This document shows positions 13,732 to 28,760 of a DNA stretch of 63,655 nt, piece after piece (position 1 is the first letter of the stretch; each line of letters opens with the position of its first letter). The notes beneath the pieces were generated by a model. The model was not told the DNA's origin. It saw only the letters and a program-made list of their open reading frames with translations, and made no database searches. The stretch spans positions 12,695,057-12,758,711 of the forward strand of contig NC_069001.1 in the NCBI RefSeq assembly GCF_001194135.2, written 5' to 3'. The DNA is from Octopus bimaculoides. Taxonomy: Eukaryota. The translations under genes were made by a program, and so were the position numbers.

Positions 13732-13902
13732 ATGATCATCATCATCGCTATTGTAGTCGTGTTTGTTCTTATAGGCGTTCGATTGTTACGCGATGACGTG
13801 GCTAATGAACCACTGACGCGGACCTAAACATACCACTAATCCTGGTAATGAACGGTTTAATAACAAGTCGAGCGAGCTGTTGTAGTTAAACGTTGTATAT
13901 AC

Positions 13903-13942
<40 letters not shown>

Positions 13943-14638
13943 CTTAACGACTACGATGTACAGAAAATCTTCCACTCGCTGACAAAAGTACATGTTACTC
14001 TACAAAGAAGCACGTACACACTTACACATACACTAATTGCACGGACACATATATATATACACAGAATATACACATATACACGCAAAAAACTGATTTTGTT
14101 ACTAACAATACTGTTTAGATTTTGAATGCTTTCCTAAACCCCATTTAACATTGATATTTTTCGATCAAGCAAGCACACGTTACGTTTGTGGAATCATTAT
14201 ATTTGTATACATAAATATATACATTCTTCTTTCTCTCTCAGTCCCTCTCTCTCACTATATTTATAATATAATATAGAAATATTTACGTACTGAAATATAA
14301 CTGACAAACACACAATCACATATATATCTATATATATATATATATACATATAGATATATATACACACATATACACATATATATATACATACACACATACA
14401 TACATATATATACATATATATATATGTATATATATGTATGATATTCTATTCCTCAGAGACCTTTAATAAACACTGCATTATTTAAAATAATAACTTTTAT
14501 GTCACTGACAGTACAGTGTAGTTACTTACATTTCAGTCGAATGCAGTATACAAAGAATATTTAAATTTCGTAGGATTCCCAATTCACAATTGTTTAGTAC
14601 TGTATCAGACATTCTTGAGAATACTATATCTCTAAGAT

Positions 14639-14700
<62 letters not shown>

Positions 14701-15749
14701 CATATATACGTACATATAAGTATATATATATATATATATATATATACGTATATATAAGTATATACACATACATATATAGATATACATAAACGGAATTGAG
14801 GTAGTTTTACATTAAGATATCTATCATAGGATTATACTGCATACACATTGTCTGTGGGGCAATGCAACATTTTTCCTGAAATGAGACATTTTATGGACGT
14901 GCTGTGTTAAAAAGCACAATAATTATCGAAAGATGATGGAAAATCGTCCCAGCAGTGGCCAGCCGTGATAATATGTAATGTGTTGATTAAACATAGGATA
15001 ATATAATTATAAAATCAACCATTTTGATTCAGATTCGGTCTTATATGTTTGGAGCAGTTTGTCAGGAGCACTTCCTAATATTCTCAGCTGGTCGTGTTGA
15101 TGTATGCGGCAGAGGTGTTGAAGGAGTGTACGGCCAATTTTCGATAGTCGCCATAATATTCCGTTACATATTAGAATGAGATAGATGTTTTATCAGAGAG
15201 AACATACCAAATAGGTAATGAAAAAATTATTTTTTTGTCCTCATTGATAGATTAGTCAATATCATCATGTTAAAATCTAGCATAACTTCTAAATTTGATT
15301 AACAGTGGAATATAAACAAACATAAATAATACAAGTGAATGTAAATATATCGCTTACAAAAGCGAAAAATGTATTAAAATTAAGTTTCGGTTACGCCATG
15401 GTTGTTTTAGATTCTGGAATAAATTATATTTATTTTTCATTTCAAATATTGAATAGCATATGTACATATGTATGCATGTACTGTCCATCTGTATGTATAT
15501 GTATGTGTGGTTGTTTATATGCATATATGTATGCAGGTTATATATATACGTGTATATATATATATAAATTCCTTTTTATGTTTAAAAAATCTATCCTGTT
15601 CACACCAATTCTCGCCACCAAATGTGTTCGTGAGTAAAAGTGATTATTTTTTTATGCTTCATGTTGTACAAAAATCTGTATACATACATGCATACATACG
15701 TACATATATACACACATTAATACGTATATACATGCACATGCATACATAC

Positions 15750-15806
<57 letters not shown>

Positions 15807-16314
15807 TATACACACAGACAAATATATATATATATATATACATATACGTATCTGTATATATATTCACATATCTATGTCTATCTATATATATATACACCCG
15901 TATATGCATGTAAATGAATCTACCTCCACATGTATATACATACAGACATGTAATTATACATATAGAAACATTTACATATTCGTTATTTACTAAGACAAAT
16001 TTCTAAGACTATCAGAGAAAATCTAACCTAAATTTTAGTTACGATGTTTTCCAGAAAATATATGCAGAAGGCCACAATGAAAAATACAAGTGATGGAGGA
16101 ATATTTTCCAAAATCCGAAGAAATTTTCTATAATTGTTTGTCTGGTAAAAATTCAGTCAGGTCATATCTAGCTTAGATACCAAACACGTTAATATTGTAC
16201 GCGTAACTATAATATACCCATTCATCAAAATGTCTAGATACGTATGCCGTTAATTTTTCTAAAATTCACTTCTTCTTTCTCTCCAATCTTTCTGTTTGTC
16301 TTCCACCCGTTTTC

Positions 16315-16349
<35 letters not shown>

Positions 16350-16761
16350 CACGCATATATATATGTGTGTGTGTGTGAGCGTGCTGTTCTTGGGGACGGA
16401 TGTGTGTTTCCCTCAACACTATCACTTTCCGTGCTAATTCATCATATCAACACGTTTTCTTCGTAGCAATAAATATATATTATTTAGTGTTCAAAATAAG
16501 ACAGATGCACTAATTTTTTCTGAAATTTGAAATAAGTTCGGATATCATACACCTAACAGCTTACTGAAACTTTGTGTTGCATTAATTATTCTCGAGGCGT
16601 CAATGCGTTTGTCTCTTTTCTGGCAAATAATCTATCCAAATTTGCAAATATTTCTAAGGATTTCTGCCAAGATACTCCCTAAGTATATAATCGGACTCTG
16701 GCCTGTATTTGAATAGATGTGAATACGTCTAGGCTGCACGAATTAAATCGCAGCAGAGTTG

Positions 16762-16803
<42 letters not shown>

Positions 16804-16806
<3 letters not shown>

Positions 16807-16969
16807 TCGCCTGCCGCTACGTTCTGAGTTCAAATTCCGCCGAGGTCGACTTTGCCTTTCATCCTTTCGGGGTCGATAAATTAAGTACCAGTTGAGTACT
16901 GGGGTCGATGTAATCGACTTACCCTTCCCCCCAAATTTCGGGCCTTGTACCTATAGTAGAAAAAAAAAA
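16804..16969 (+). mobile_element. SINE family A, 5'-truncated, little diverged, inside an (ATT)n tract
   Basis: gttctgagttcaaattccgccgaggtcgactttgcctttcatcctttcggggtcgataaattaagtaccag...ggccttgtacctatagtagaaa. Confidence 0.92.
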
Positions 16970-18561
16970 TTATTATTATTATTATTATTGATATTATTAT
17001 TATTGGTATTATTGATATTATGATTATTATTTGTTTTCAATGAAGCCCTGCAGAGGTTATCAATACAGTTCGCCATAGCAGAGAATATATCGGAATGTAT
17101 TAGAAACACATCTGGAATACTAATAATATTAATATATCGCATATTCTTTAAACAAATTGTGGCATTCTTCTATTTTAGGACTTCGTATTATTATTTAAGA
17201 ATTATAGTTAGCATAATGGTAAATTCCATTATTGTTATAATCTGTTTTTATTACATTTAATATTATTATTTAAAATTATTAATTTGAAATTTCTCAATCA
17301 ACCATAAGGTAAAAAACATAAAAACCTCAAAATGAATTTTCTGAAACCGAAATACCTATTTCTAAATGTTACTTACTAGAGTGTATGTATGATTTTTATG
17401 CTTGTGTGTATGTTTTAAGCATTTATACATACATCATATGTATGCATATATGTATATAAGTACGTATGACTACTTTGTTGTACTAAATTTCTCTTCTTAT
17501 TAGTCACCGTATTGGAATGTAATCCTATATATATATATATATATATAATGTATGTATGTATGACGATAAATACTCATTTTTTTGTACTAGTAGAGAAATG
17601 TGTGTTTGCGCGGGATTTCATGCATGAATATGGGTGCTTTACGTGTATTTCACCGTTTCTCAAGCTAAAAATCAAACAATCTTACATAATTATGTATTTA
17701 AACAACTACGGAGTCCTTTGGGCAAATGTATGTTCCAGTTTAGCTTAGTGAAATATCGTATAATGAATATCACATTTTACATCCGATCTGTTTACAATCA
17801 GTTATATGTATTTGCTTCTACTTCAATGCAGACGTTAATAAAAAAATGAATATTTTATAGCAAAACCGTAAGATAGTAGTACCGTAATATTCGTACATTT
17901 TCGAAGCATTCTGAAAATGAGAGAAATATTAACATAAATATGTTCCAGAATTTTTGAAGGAATATATTTGGTTACAAGAAGCCATTTTAATAGAATTAAT
18001 CAAACAAATCAAACACTTTACCTGATATATTGTTCTTGAAATTAATAAAAACACTTTTCACATATTTTGAAAATTATTCAGTTTTAGTTAAGGATTTAAA
18101 TTGCATAAGAAATAACGAAATAATTTTCTATTCTTAACGCAAGATATTTTAATATGCAGTGAAAAAATCAAATTATGGAAACAAAACATTTGCCGCAAGA
18201 AGTTGTGTATGAGTGAATCAGAAGGTAAATACAAGAAGAGAGTAAAAAAGCAAAGACATAAGGTAAGATGAGAATAAACCATTGTGTAATATGGAGACAG
18301 TATGGGACTATTTGATTGAATGGGGTTAATTGGTTATAGGGCAGTAAATAAAATAGAGCCTCAAAATAAACAGAGGGCAAGAAGTTAAACCACAGACCTA
18401 TTGAAAATTAATGGAGATGGAAGTATTTAGTACGTACATGAATAGAATTATCGAAATGTATGAGACATGAGGTAGAGATTTTGGTCGAGTAAAACCTAAA
18501 GAAGAGGGAGAAAGAGTGTCATAGTTTAGTCTGTGATTAGAAAAGACATTAGAAAGTCAAG

Positions 18562-18624
<63 letters not shown>

Positions 18625-19525
18625 CTAGATAGATGAAAAGATAGATAGTGAAAGAGAGAGAGAATGAAACGCTTCAAGCTCTACTTGCAAAATGTCTTAG
18701 TTTGAAGTATTAAAAACCAGAGTAAATGAAGTGCATATGTGTGTCTATATTATTATAAATGGAGCTTATGGAGACATACATATATAGCACTGGCTCATAT
18801 AAACGTACGTACACACAATCACACACACGTATACAGTGTGAGAGAGGGAAAGAGAGATAAAGTAGATAGATTGGCAGATAACTAAATAAACTGATAAACC
18901 GATATGTCCTTCAGAAGTCAGACAACTATCTGATTAAAAGCGATGATAACGAATACGACAGTAATAACGCGACATAAAAAGCGATCAGGAAAGAAAAACG
19001 AGCGCAATACAAACAATAAAACAGCAGCAAAATAACAGAGACATCATATTGACGAAAGGATGATATAAGATGAACGACAGAGAGAAACACTGTACTAGTG
19101 ATGGAAGTGCCAGAGAAAGAATTTGAATAAAATGTCAGACAGAGCGAAAGGAAGACAATGAGGTGGAGTGATAAAAACTACGGGAATATTCTATGTTAAG
19201 CTTCAATACCCAACAGTTACGATGAATTAACTGTACACAGGAATGATAAGAAAATAATTTGAGTGAAACAAGGAAAGAAGACTATCAAATATATAGAAGC
19301 TGCAGAAAGAGATGGACAAAATAAACTTAAGTACGGTGATGATGTTTTAAGTAAAATAAAATGAAGGATTAAGTACAATATGTCACGTGTGTCCCTTAGA
19401 TATTATCATACCAAATGCGTATATACATATATGTATATATACTCACACATATATGCATAAATATTCATTTGTATGTATGTGTGTGTATATATAAATACAT
19501 CCATCCATACATTTATACATATCTA

Positions 19526-19581
<56 letters not shown>

Positions 19582-20493
19582 TGAACATCAGATAAAGGAG
19601 TGTGTCTACTAATAACTCTCATGTATGCACGCACGTGCATATATAGACAGATTTATATATCCATACACCCATATGACTATATGATTTGAAACCTGCTTCA
19701 CCACAACGTGACGTCAAGGTTATTAAACATCTATACACCTGCACACGCCCACACGAACACACACACACCCACAAACACAGATGCACAAACTTGCAGACAC
19801 AGATATATACATAACCATGACATATATATATAGCGTAAAGTGACAGAGAGCGCTAAGTTGCTATGGCGATAACCTCCAATAAATGCTTGATGTATCATAG
19901 TTATACTAGTATATATATCATATAAATAATCGTATATATATATATATATATATATATATCAACTATATACCTCCATATATATATATTGTAATGAAACAAG
20001 TGAGTGTAGAGCAAGTGAACAATTTTTTATATAAAATATATAATCCGAATATCATTATATCTACATATATCGAAAAATGAATTGTTGCGTATTAGAAATT
20101 GCATAGTTATGTGAGCGTTTAGTGACGCTGATAGGGAATATATATATATAGTATGCACGTATAGACGTACATATACGTGTTTATGTATATATTCTGTATT
20201 AATGTATGCTTAATTATAGAAGGTCGTATGTTACTATGGTGATTAGGTTTATACATAGTTTGTCTCTATATCTTTGCGCATATACATATATTCCTGTACT
20301 ACAAAGCTATTTCCGATTTAACACTCATATAACAAAAATATTGAGAGGGGTACAACATATGTACTCCTCAAAAATAATCACATAAAATACATACATATAA
20401 CCCAATATACTTTTATTCGATATGTATATATATACACATTATTATAATAAAATGTTTATGTATATATAAATTAAAACCCTAACACACATTTAA

Positions 20494-20538
<45 letters not shown>

Positions 20539-21964
20539 CATCTACAATGTTGTTTTGTATATATATTTGAGAGTCAATATCGTGAATTTAATATCGGTCG
20601 CCTACAGTGATCCCTACATGTTTTTCGACAAGCAACGGGTTAATTTTCGTCCTATCGATATATTTATCAATATTTATATCCATATCCATATATCTATATA
20701 TATCTATATATCTCTATATATATATAACCATATATAAACAACTCGTTTGTTGTGTAGCTTTTTTGTAGGGCCTACCCAAACCCCAGAACGGTGGTCGGGT
20801 TATTCCACCTTTTGGTATAGGGGATACAGGCTATAAGTAGTAATTATAAAATAATATCATATGAAATAATCAATGAACTGGAAAGCCCCATCTGAGATTT
20901 TTTTTTCTTTATGGCCACCATGTATGGTAGCCTCGTTCTCAAACGGTGGGGTGTTTCCAGCGATAAAAAGATACACTGGTTCTGTATTCCACTCATCTGA
21001 GATACAAACGTTTTTGACTAGTCTGAGTTTGGGGGCAAATATCAAACGGTCTAATTCGTATGTAATTCTCAGGAACACGGCCAGGAACGTGGTGTGAATA
21101 CACACATAAACATACACCAAAATAAAAAAAAATGAAGCGAACACCAAACAGTTCTTTACAACTCCCGTATATATATATACATGCACACATAAAAACAACC
21201 AAAACAAATTACTAAAATTTATGAAACAAAATACAACAAAAGATTGCTAACCATGCGTACACACATTGCCATCGACATACAGAACTTTACACATATGTAA
21301 AGGTACACGAAAGTTCATATGGATATATAAAATACACACTCCTTATTAATGTATTATAAATACATATATGTATGTTCACATCATATATATATGCATGTAT
21401 AGAAATATGCATACATGCATATATATATATATATAGAAATATGCATATATATATATATATATATATATATACATGATGTTATCTGTACGAAGACAGGCGA
21501 ATGCGTCCTTTTAGTCTCAATTAGTTGGAATTGTTTGAATCCACCAAGCACAATAAAAATAACTAGTATAATTCTGCACTTACATAGATAGGTAGATAAA
21601 TAGATACATACATACATATACGCACGCACACACACACGCGCACACGTATACATAATATATATATTGATGTATTATGCAGGGAGAGAGAACAAATATGAAC
21701 GTGAAAAAATATTTTCAATGTTACAAGCGACAAAAGTTTACATGAATATCAATAAAGAAAAGCGAAATATCGAATATAGTTGAAGTGCAAACATTTTGAA
21801 CCACTGTTAAAGATCGATAAACATAGCAAGAGAAATGCAAAATTGAAATTAGAAACAACATAACAGCCGTTGTAATTAACTGATGGTAATATGGTCTGTC
21901 TCAGCAAACCCAGGACGACAAGAAAATTTAACACTATATATGCATTATGATGGTGAAAAGAACG

Positions 21965-22008
<44 letters not shown>

Positions 22009-22867
22009 CAAGGGAAAACGAACTCATTCTGATGACATAAAAATGGCACCCACAGAATATTTAATTTAACAGAGAGTCATTGTTGACTTATCTGTCTCGG
22101 TTTCATGAAGAATAACAAATAAATGAATAAATGAATAAATAAATAAATAAATATACAAATGAATACATGATCGATGTTGAATATCGAAGAATAATCGATA
22201 CGTCAGTTCGAAGATTGAAAAAGTATTATTGTATATTTGCTCGACACAAACGAAATCGCTGGAAGCAAAGATATCCGAAAGCGTCAAGAGGCAGATGTGA
22301 TGATTCGTAGCTAGAGTTATGGGTAAGACATTGTGTATGTGAGTTCATCTAAATGTGTAAGAATGACAGATATACACAGAATCATACAACTACACACATC
22401 CTAATACATCTACACTATCGTATTCATGCAAAGTTATATAGGCATATCTACATATTCACGCATATCAAGCATGCAATTATGTAATACAAGGTCACGATTA
22501 CGAGATTGAATCAAGCAAAACTAAAACGAAACAAAATATAGAATGCAAGAGAAGAAACATAGAAACAAAGATAGATTATCAAATAACTCATATAAAAGCA
22601 TTAAAGAGAGAAAGAAAGAACGAATGAAAGAAAGAAAGATAAAAAGAAAATAAAAACACATGGAGTATTATGTTGTTCTAAGATTAATTATAAATTCGAA
22701 CCACGGAAGGAATGTCATTGGAATGTGATCAAATACAAGCGCATTAGGAATTTTAAATGGCTGTTTACAAAGGAAAATAAACGCTAATAATCAGGCATAC
22801 ACAGAATCAGGCCTGCTCGTACAATGAGAGCTGCTCACATGCATACACTTAGAAATATAATATCACG

Positions 22868-22943
<76 letters not shown>

Positions 22944-23282
22944 GTATGCATGTGTGTATACACATTTGTGTATGCAGGGAGGTTGCGGTGAAGATTGTGA
23001 TTTTAGCTTAAAATTATACATTACGTGATGAACATTGGTAAAATAAAAATAAAAAAAACAACGCTAATACGATAAGGAAAACAATAAATGAGAAATAAAT
23101 ATAAAACAATGATTGAACCTGATAACATACACACAGAAACACACCTTTACATAAATATATAAATGTGTGTATGTTTGTGAGTTTGTGTGTGCATGTGTCT
23201 GTGTGTGTTTTGTAGGTGCGTATGTATGCATTTGCACATAAGCTCGTAGAAAGAGAGAGATTTCACCTAGACAAGAAGAATG

Positions 23283-23319
<37 letters not shown>

Positions 23320-23851
23320 AAAGCAATGTATTTATAAATACACATATACAAAGAGTGAGACATACATATAGTTAATGTGAGGCAGAAAAATGGCGAGTAT
23401 GTGAGAGAGAGAATGACATAGAAAGAGAGGAAGAGTGCGGCATAGTATTTATGATTCCTAACGATACGATAATGTGTGTGGCAACGTTGTCAGCGAAAGA
23501 GATATTACACAATGGAGGCATTTAGTAGCATTTCAGGATTGCTTCTATAGAAAAACGTACTGCAAGTAGGTCATGCTGTAGAATTTATTGAATAAAATTN
23601 NNNNNNNNNNNNNNNNNNNNNNNNNNNNNNNNNNNNNNNNNNNNNNNNNNNNNNNNNNNNNNNNNNNNNNNNNNNNNNNNNNNNNNNNNNNNNNNNNNNN
23701 NNNNNNNNNNNNNNNNNNNNNNNNNNNNNNNNNNNNNNNNNNNNNNNNNNNNNNNNNNNNNNNNNNNNNNNNNNNNNNNNNNNNNNNNNNNNNNNNNNNN
23801 NNNNNTATGTATGTATGTATGTATATATATATGTATGTATGTATGTATGTA

Positions 23852-23917
<66 letters not shown>

Positions 23918-24218
23918 AATGTATGTATATATATATATATATATATATATAGCATATATGTATGTACATGTAGGTATTTCTAAATTTAGCAATTACTATT
24001 TCATTGCGGATGTTTTAAAACAATTCTCGATCGACCATTGCAACATAAATGGATTATGTAAATGCTGATAATTATGAACCCAAATGCATACACAAATACA
24101 TACACACGCATGCACACACATACAGAAGCAATCACATATATATATATATACATATGCGTGTCTCGTTGCCAGTGTCTATAAATAAAGGTTTACGAGTTTT
24201 TGTGAATATTAAGGGAAA

Positions 24219-24279
24219 TGTTGCAGGTTTTCACGTGAAATCCAAAATGGCGCCAAAATTTCACGTATCTTCTGCAACA
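24219..24279. other. Imperfect inverted repeat / hairpin (61 nt)
   Basis: Arms tgttgcaggttttcacgtgaaat (24219-24241) and atttcacgtatcttctgcaaca (24258-24279) around a 16-nt loop ccaaaatggcgccaaa. Confidence 0.85.
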
Positions 24280-25411
24280 GGAATTATAGACGCAAAGTGG
24301 ATGGGCGTTATCGTCGACCAACGCGAGGACATGCGAAGAAACACACACAGACTAAACCATATGCACACATATACGCAAAAACTGCATTACACTAAACCGA
24401 GAAAACATTTTAACTTATATATCTATATATACGTGTATTAGTTTAATGGTAAGGTTCTTAAATTTGTTAGTTATAAAAATGAGCAAGCTTTTCCTCATGG
24501 AAGAGCTAATCAGCTCTATAATTTTCACAGCGATTGTTTTTAGAAGATATGTAGGCGAAAGCTGAAGAACCATACAGCATAATATATATATACTATATAA
24601 TTGTTTGTATTTTCACATCTATCAACGTCTATCTCTCTCTTCCTCTTTCTCTCCACACTCTCTCTATATATTTATCTATCTTCCTACATATGTGTGTAGC
24701 TATATATCCATCTATATATATAGACACTTGTACTGTGGAAATAAATCCAGTAAAAGAGAAAATTGAACAAAAAAATTACAAACTTAATATGTTGCATGAT
24801 ATCATGTGTTTGTAATTCAATCATTTATAGTTGGAATTTGAAGACAATAAAGCTATTTGGAATTCCAACAGATCACATCAGAACGCGTGAGGTGTTCCAC
24901 AGTGCGCTGCAGAGATCTTGGAGAGATAGAAATAGTAAGACAAAATGAATTGTGAGATGAATATTAAAAGACTTTTATCTACTTAATACAAACTCGATTA
25001 CTTGCACTGAGATTTGCAAAGCTTACATCCGCCTATAGTTCGGACTCCACAAAACATACACAGAAACAAATCACACACACACACACACACACACATATGT
25101 ATACACACACANNNNNNNNNNNNNNNNNNNNNNNNNNNNNNNNNNNNNNNNNNNNNNNNNNNNNNNNNNNNNNNNNNNNNNNNNNNNNNNNNNNNNNNNN
25201 NNNNNNNNNNNNNNNNNNNNNNNNNNNNNNNNNNNNNNNNNNNNNNNNNNNNNNNNNNNNNNNNNNNNNNNNNNNNNNNNNNNNNNNNNNNNNNNNNNNN
25301 NNNNNNNNNNNNNNNNNNNNNNNNNNNNNNNNNNNNNNNNNNNNNNNNNNNNNNNNNNNNNNNNNNNNNNNNNNNNNNNNNNNNNNNNNNNNNNNNNNNN
25401 NNNNNNNNNNN

Positions 25412-25449
<38 letters not shown>

Positions 25450-25937
25450 GCGGGCGTGTATACAAAATGTAGGAATATATATTATTTAGTGTCAATATGA
25501 ATTTAGACTAGAAAAAGAAATATTGCTTTGCATTCGGAGTTGGAAAGAATATCACTTTTAAAATATATATATGTAAAACGCTTCTTTGAATTGTCTATGC
25601 ATGTATGTATGCACACATGTATGTATATATGTATGCATGAATGCATATATGTATGCATGCATGTACTCATGCATGTAAGTACGTATGTATGCATATATGT
25701 GTGTACGCACGAATGCATGCATGTACGTGTGTAAGTACGAATGTATGTATATGTATAAGTAAGTGACGGTATATCGATCGACTGAGCTATCTACATTCTT
25801 CATTATAATATCGATTAATCTATTTATCTATGGAATTTTATCTCATTCTTGCAATTATCTTTTCCTTTCTATAGATCTTACCACCTACCTCTTACCGTAC
25901 ATATCTATAACTCGATGTTTGCAAGCAATATATGTAT

Positions 25938-25970
<33 letters not shown>

Positions 25971-26358
25971 NNNNNNNNNNNNNNNNNNNNNNNNNNNNNN
26001 NNNNNNNNNNNNNNNNNNNNNNNNNNNNNNNNNNNNNNNNNNNNNNNNNNNNNNNNNNNNNNNNNNNNNNNNNNNNNNNNNNNNNNNNNNNNNNNNNNNN
26101 NNNNNNNNNNNNNNNNNNNNNNNNNNNNNNNNNNNNNNNNNNNNNNNNNNNNNNNNNNNNNNNNNNNNNNNNNNNATATGTATATACATATATTGCTTAA
26201 TACAATTATATTTATTATATTTATTATATTTATCTTATGATATTTACTTTACTTTATATTATACTCATTTATTGTGCTTTTAATTATTAATTTTTCTATA
26301 TGTGATAGTGGATTTTCATCGATGAGTTCTTGAAACTTGGTTAATTTCCATAAAACTA

Positions 26359-26403
<45 letters not shown>

Positions 26404-26800
26404 TATGTGTGCATGTGTGCGCGTGTGTATATACAGATATAAGCGAATCTGTATCTTTGTCTATTTGTCCATGTGGTTACGTATGCTTGCACATACTTAT
26501 CTACAAAAGTATGTCAATATTTAAGACTGATTGCGTATTATGCATGTATATACGTATCTAGGTTTCATATTTGTTGCTATCGTATCTACCTCATTATTAG
26601 TAAACCGTAAAACATCAGCCAAAAATTATCAGTACATCTAATTCCTCGAGACACAATGCTCAACAATAATTAAATGAAATAAACTGAAATACTACTTTCA
26701 AACAAGATATTCCTTACTTGTTTACAAGTCTATTTTTCTACAGAACGTTCCAACACATACATGCACATACACACAGAAATGCACGAGCACACACACAGAC

Positions 26801-26846
<46 letters not shown>

Positions 26847-27221
26847 GTGTATGATTGCATTTAAGTATGGAGATATATATATATACATTTGCTTCGCTGT
26901 GTTCTGAGTTTTCGTTTAAAGAGATATCATCGTTGTCGTTAGGCAATTTTCTTAACGGAATGTAATTATGAAGGCAACTATTTAATAATTAAATCTTCGT
27001 CTAAACTGTGATCACCTTTGCAGTAAACTTTCTCTTCTTGTAATTGTGATTTTTCAATTTAAAATTTCTTGATATATTCTTTGGTTTAGCTTTTAATTTT
27101 AGGTATTTGCTCTTTCGTCAGTCCTGCTAAAATATTTTCCATATATTGCATGTGATAGTAAGTGGTAAAACCGCCATCAATACATATGTATGTTTATAAA
27201 TGTATACATCTATAAATAAAA

Positions 27222-27224
<3 letters not shown>

Positions 27225-27294
<70 letters not shown>

Positions 27295-27321
27295 GCTAGC
27301 TAGCTAGCTAGCTAGCTAGCT
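27225..27321. repeat. (CTAT)n-(CTAG)n tetranucleotide microsatellite
   Basis: Direct inspection. Confidence 0.95.
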
Positions 27322-28315
27322 ATATACATATACACAGATTCACGGACATGTATGTACATATATATGATTTTGTGTGTGACTATGTGCATATTCAAATGGA
27401 TTTCCAGCTACTTTAAAGATAATCTTCTTTAAATGTTGCGTAACGTTTAATGTTACAAATGTTCCACTCCCAACAAAGAAAACGCCATTTTATAATCAAA
27501 ATACGAAAAACTAAAACATGCTGATGCCATTAAAAAAAAAACAACATGGTGAGAAAATTTGGCTTTCATCTGTTCTAATTTCCAATAAAAGACAGAAACA
27601 GAAATGAAAAAATTTCAGATAAATTAGAAACCTCACAAAAGACAACTAACTATAAAGAATAAATCAGGGAATTAAAAAGAAAGAAAGATAAACAAGAAAT
27701 AGCGATCAGCTTACACATGAAATAAATTGAAGGACTGAGACTTGTTAAATAGTGATTTATATATATATATATATATGCATATATATACATATATGCGTAC
27801 ATGTATATATGTTATAGTTGTGGGTAGGCTTATATGTAGTACATCTTATATGATGTCAAATAACCATGAGAAGTAGAAAAGAAAGTGAAGGAGAAAAAAA
27901 TGCGATGAAGAGGGAAGAAGGAGATGGAGTCTATGAGCAACCTATTAATATCAATCAATTGTATGAAAATATCTCAATAAATTTTAAATACTTGACTAGG
28001 AAACCGGAAAAAATAACAAAACCGTATTTAAAACAACAACAGAACTATATCAAAAACGACAACAACAACGATGACAATAACAGTATTCCTGAAACGACTA
28101 GCAAATAAAAGAACAACAAGAAACCCAAAAAATATATAATAAAAAACAAGAAGCAAACACAGTATATCTACTCATAATTTCTTCTCGATGGTTATAGAGA
28201 TAGGAAGAAACGAAAAGAGAAAATTCTTATCACAGATATTTAGGAATAACATTGCGAGAAGACAAAAAAAATATTCTGTAAGGCCAAAGATGGAGATGTT
28301 CATGACACCAACGTA

Positions 28316-28329
28316 TACTACTACTACTG

Positions 28330-28395
<66 letters not shown>

Positions 28396-28571
28396 ATTAA
28401 TAATAATAATAATAACGGAAATAACGTTTGATGATATTACTACTAATGGTTTCTCCTATTAGGAATCATGTTGTCGCTTGAAGATAAGAGTAGTGAGGAT
28501 ATTACGGAAGTTTATCAATTAAGGAAACATAGGATTGTCCCTGTGAACTACGAGACGAAGAACCAAGACAT

Positions 28572-28613
<42 letters not shown>

Positions 28614-28647
28614 GACTACTACTACTACTACTACTATTACTACAACG

Positions 28648-28723
<76 letters not shown>

Positions 28724-28760
28724 GATGCAGTAGTAGTAGTGGTAATAATAATAATACTAA
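28316..28760. repeat. Two (ACT)n tracts (28316-28395 and 28571-28722) with (AAT)n edges
   Basis: Direct inspection; these produce the poly-Thr and poly-Ser ORFs in the track. Confidence 0.95.
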
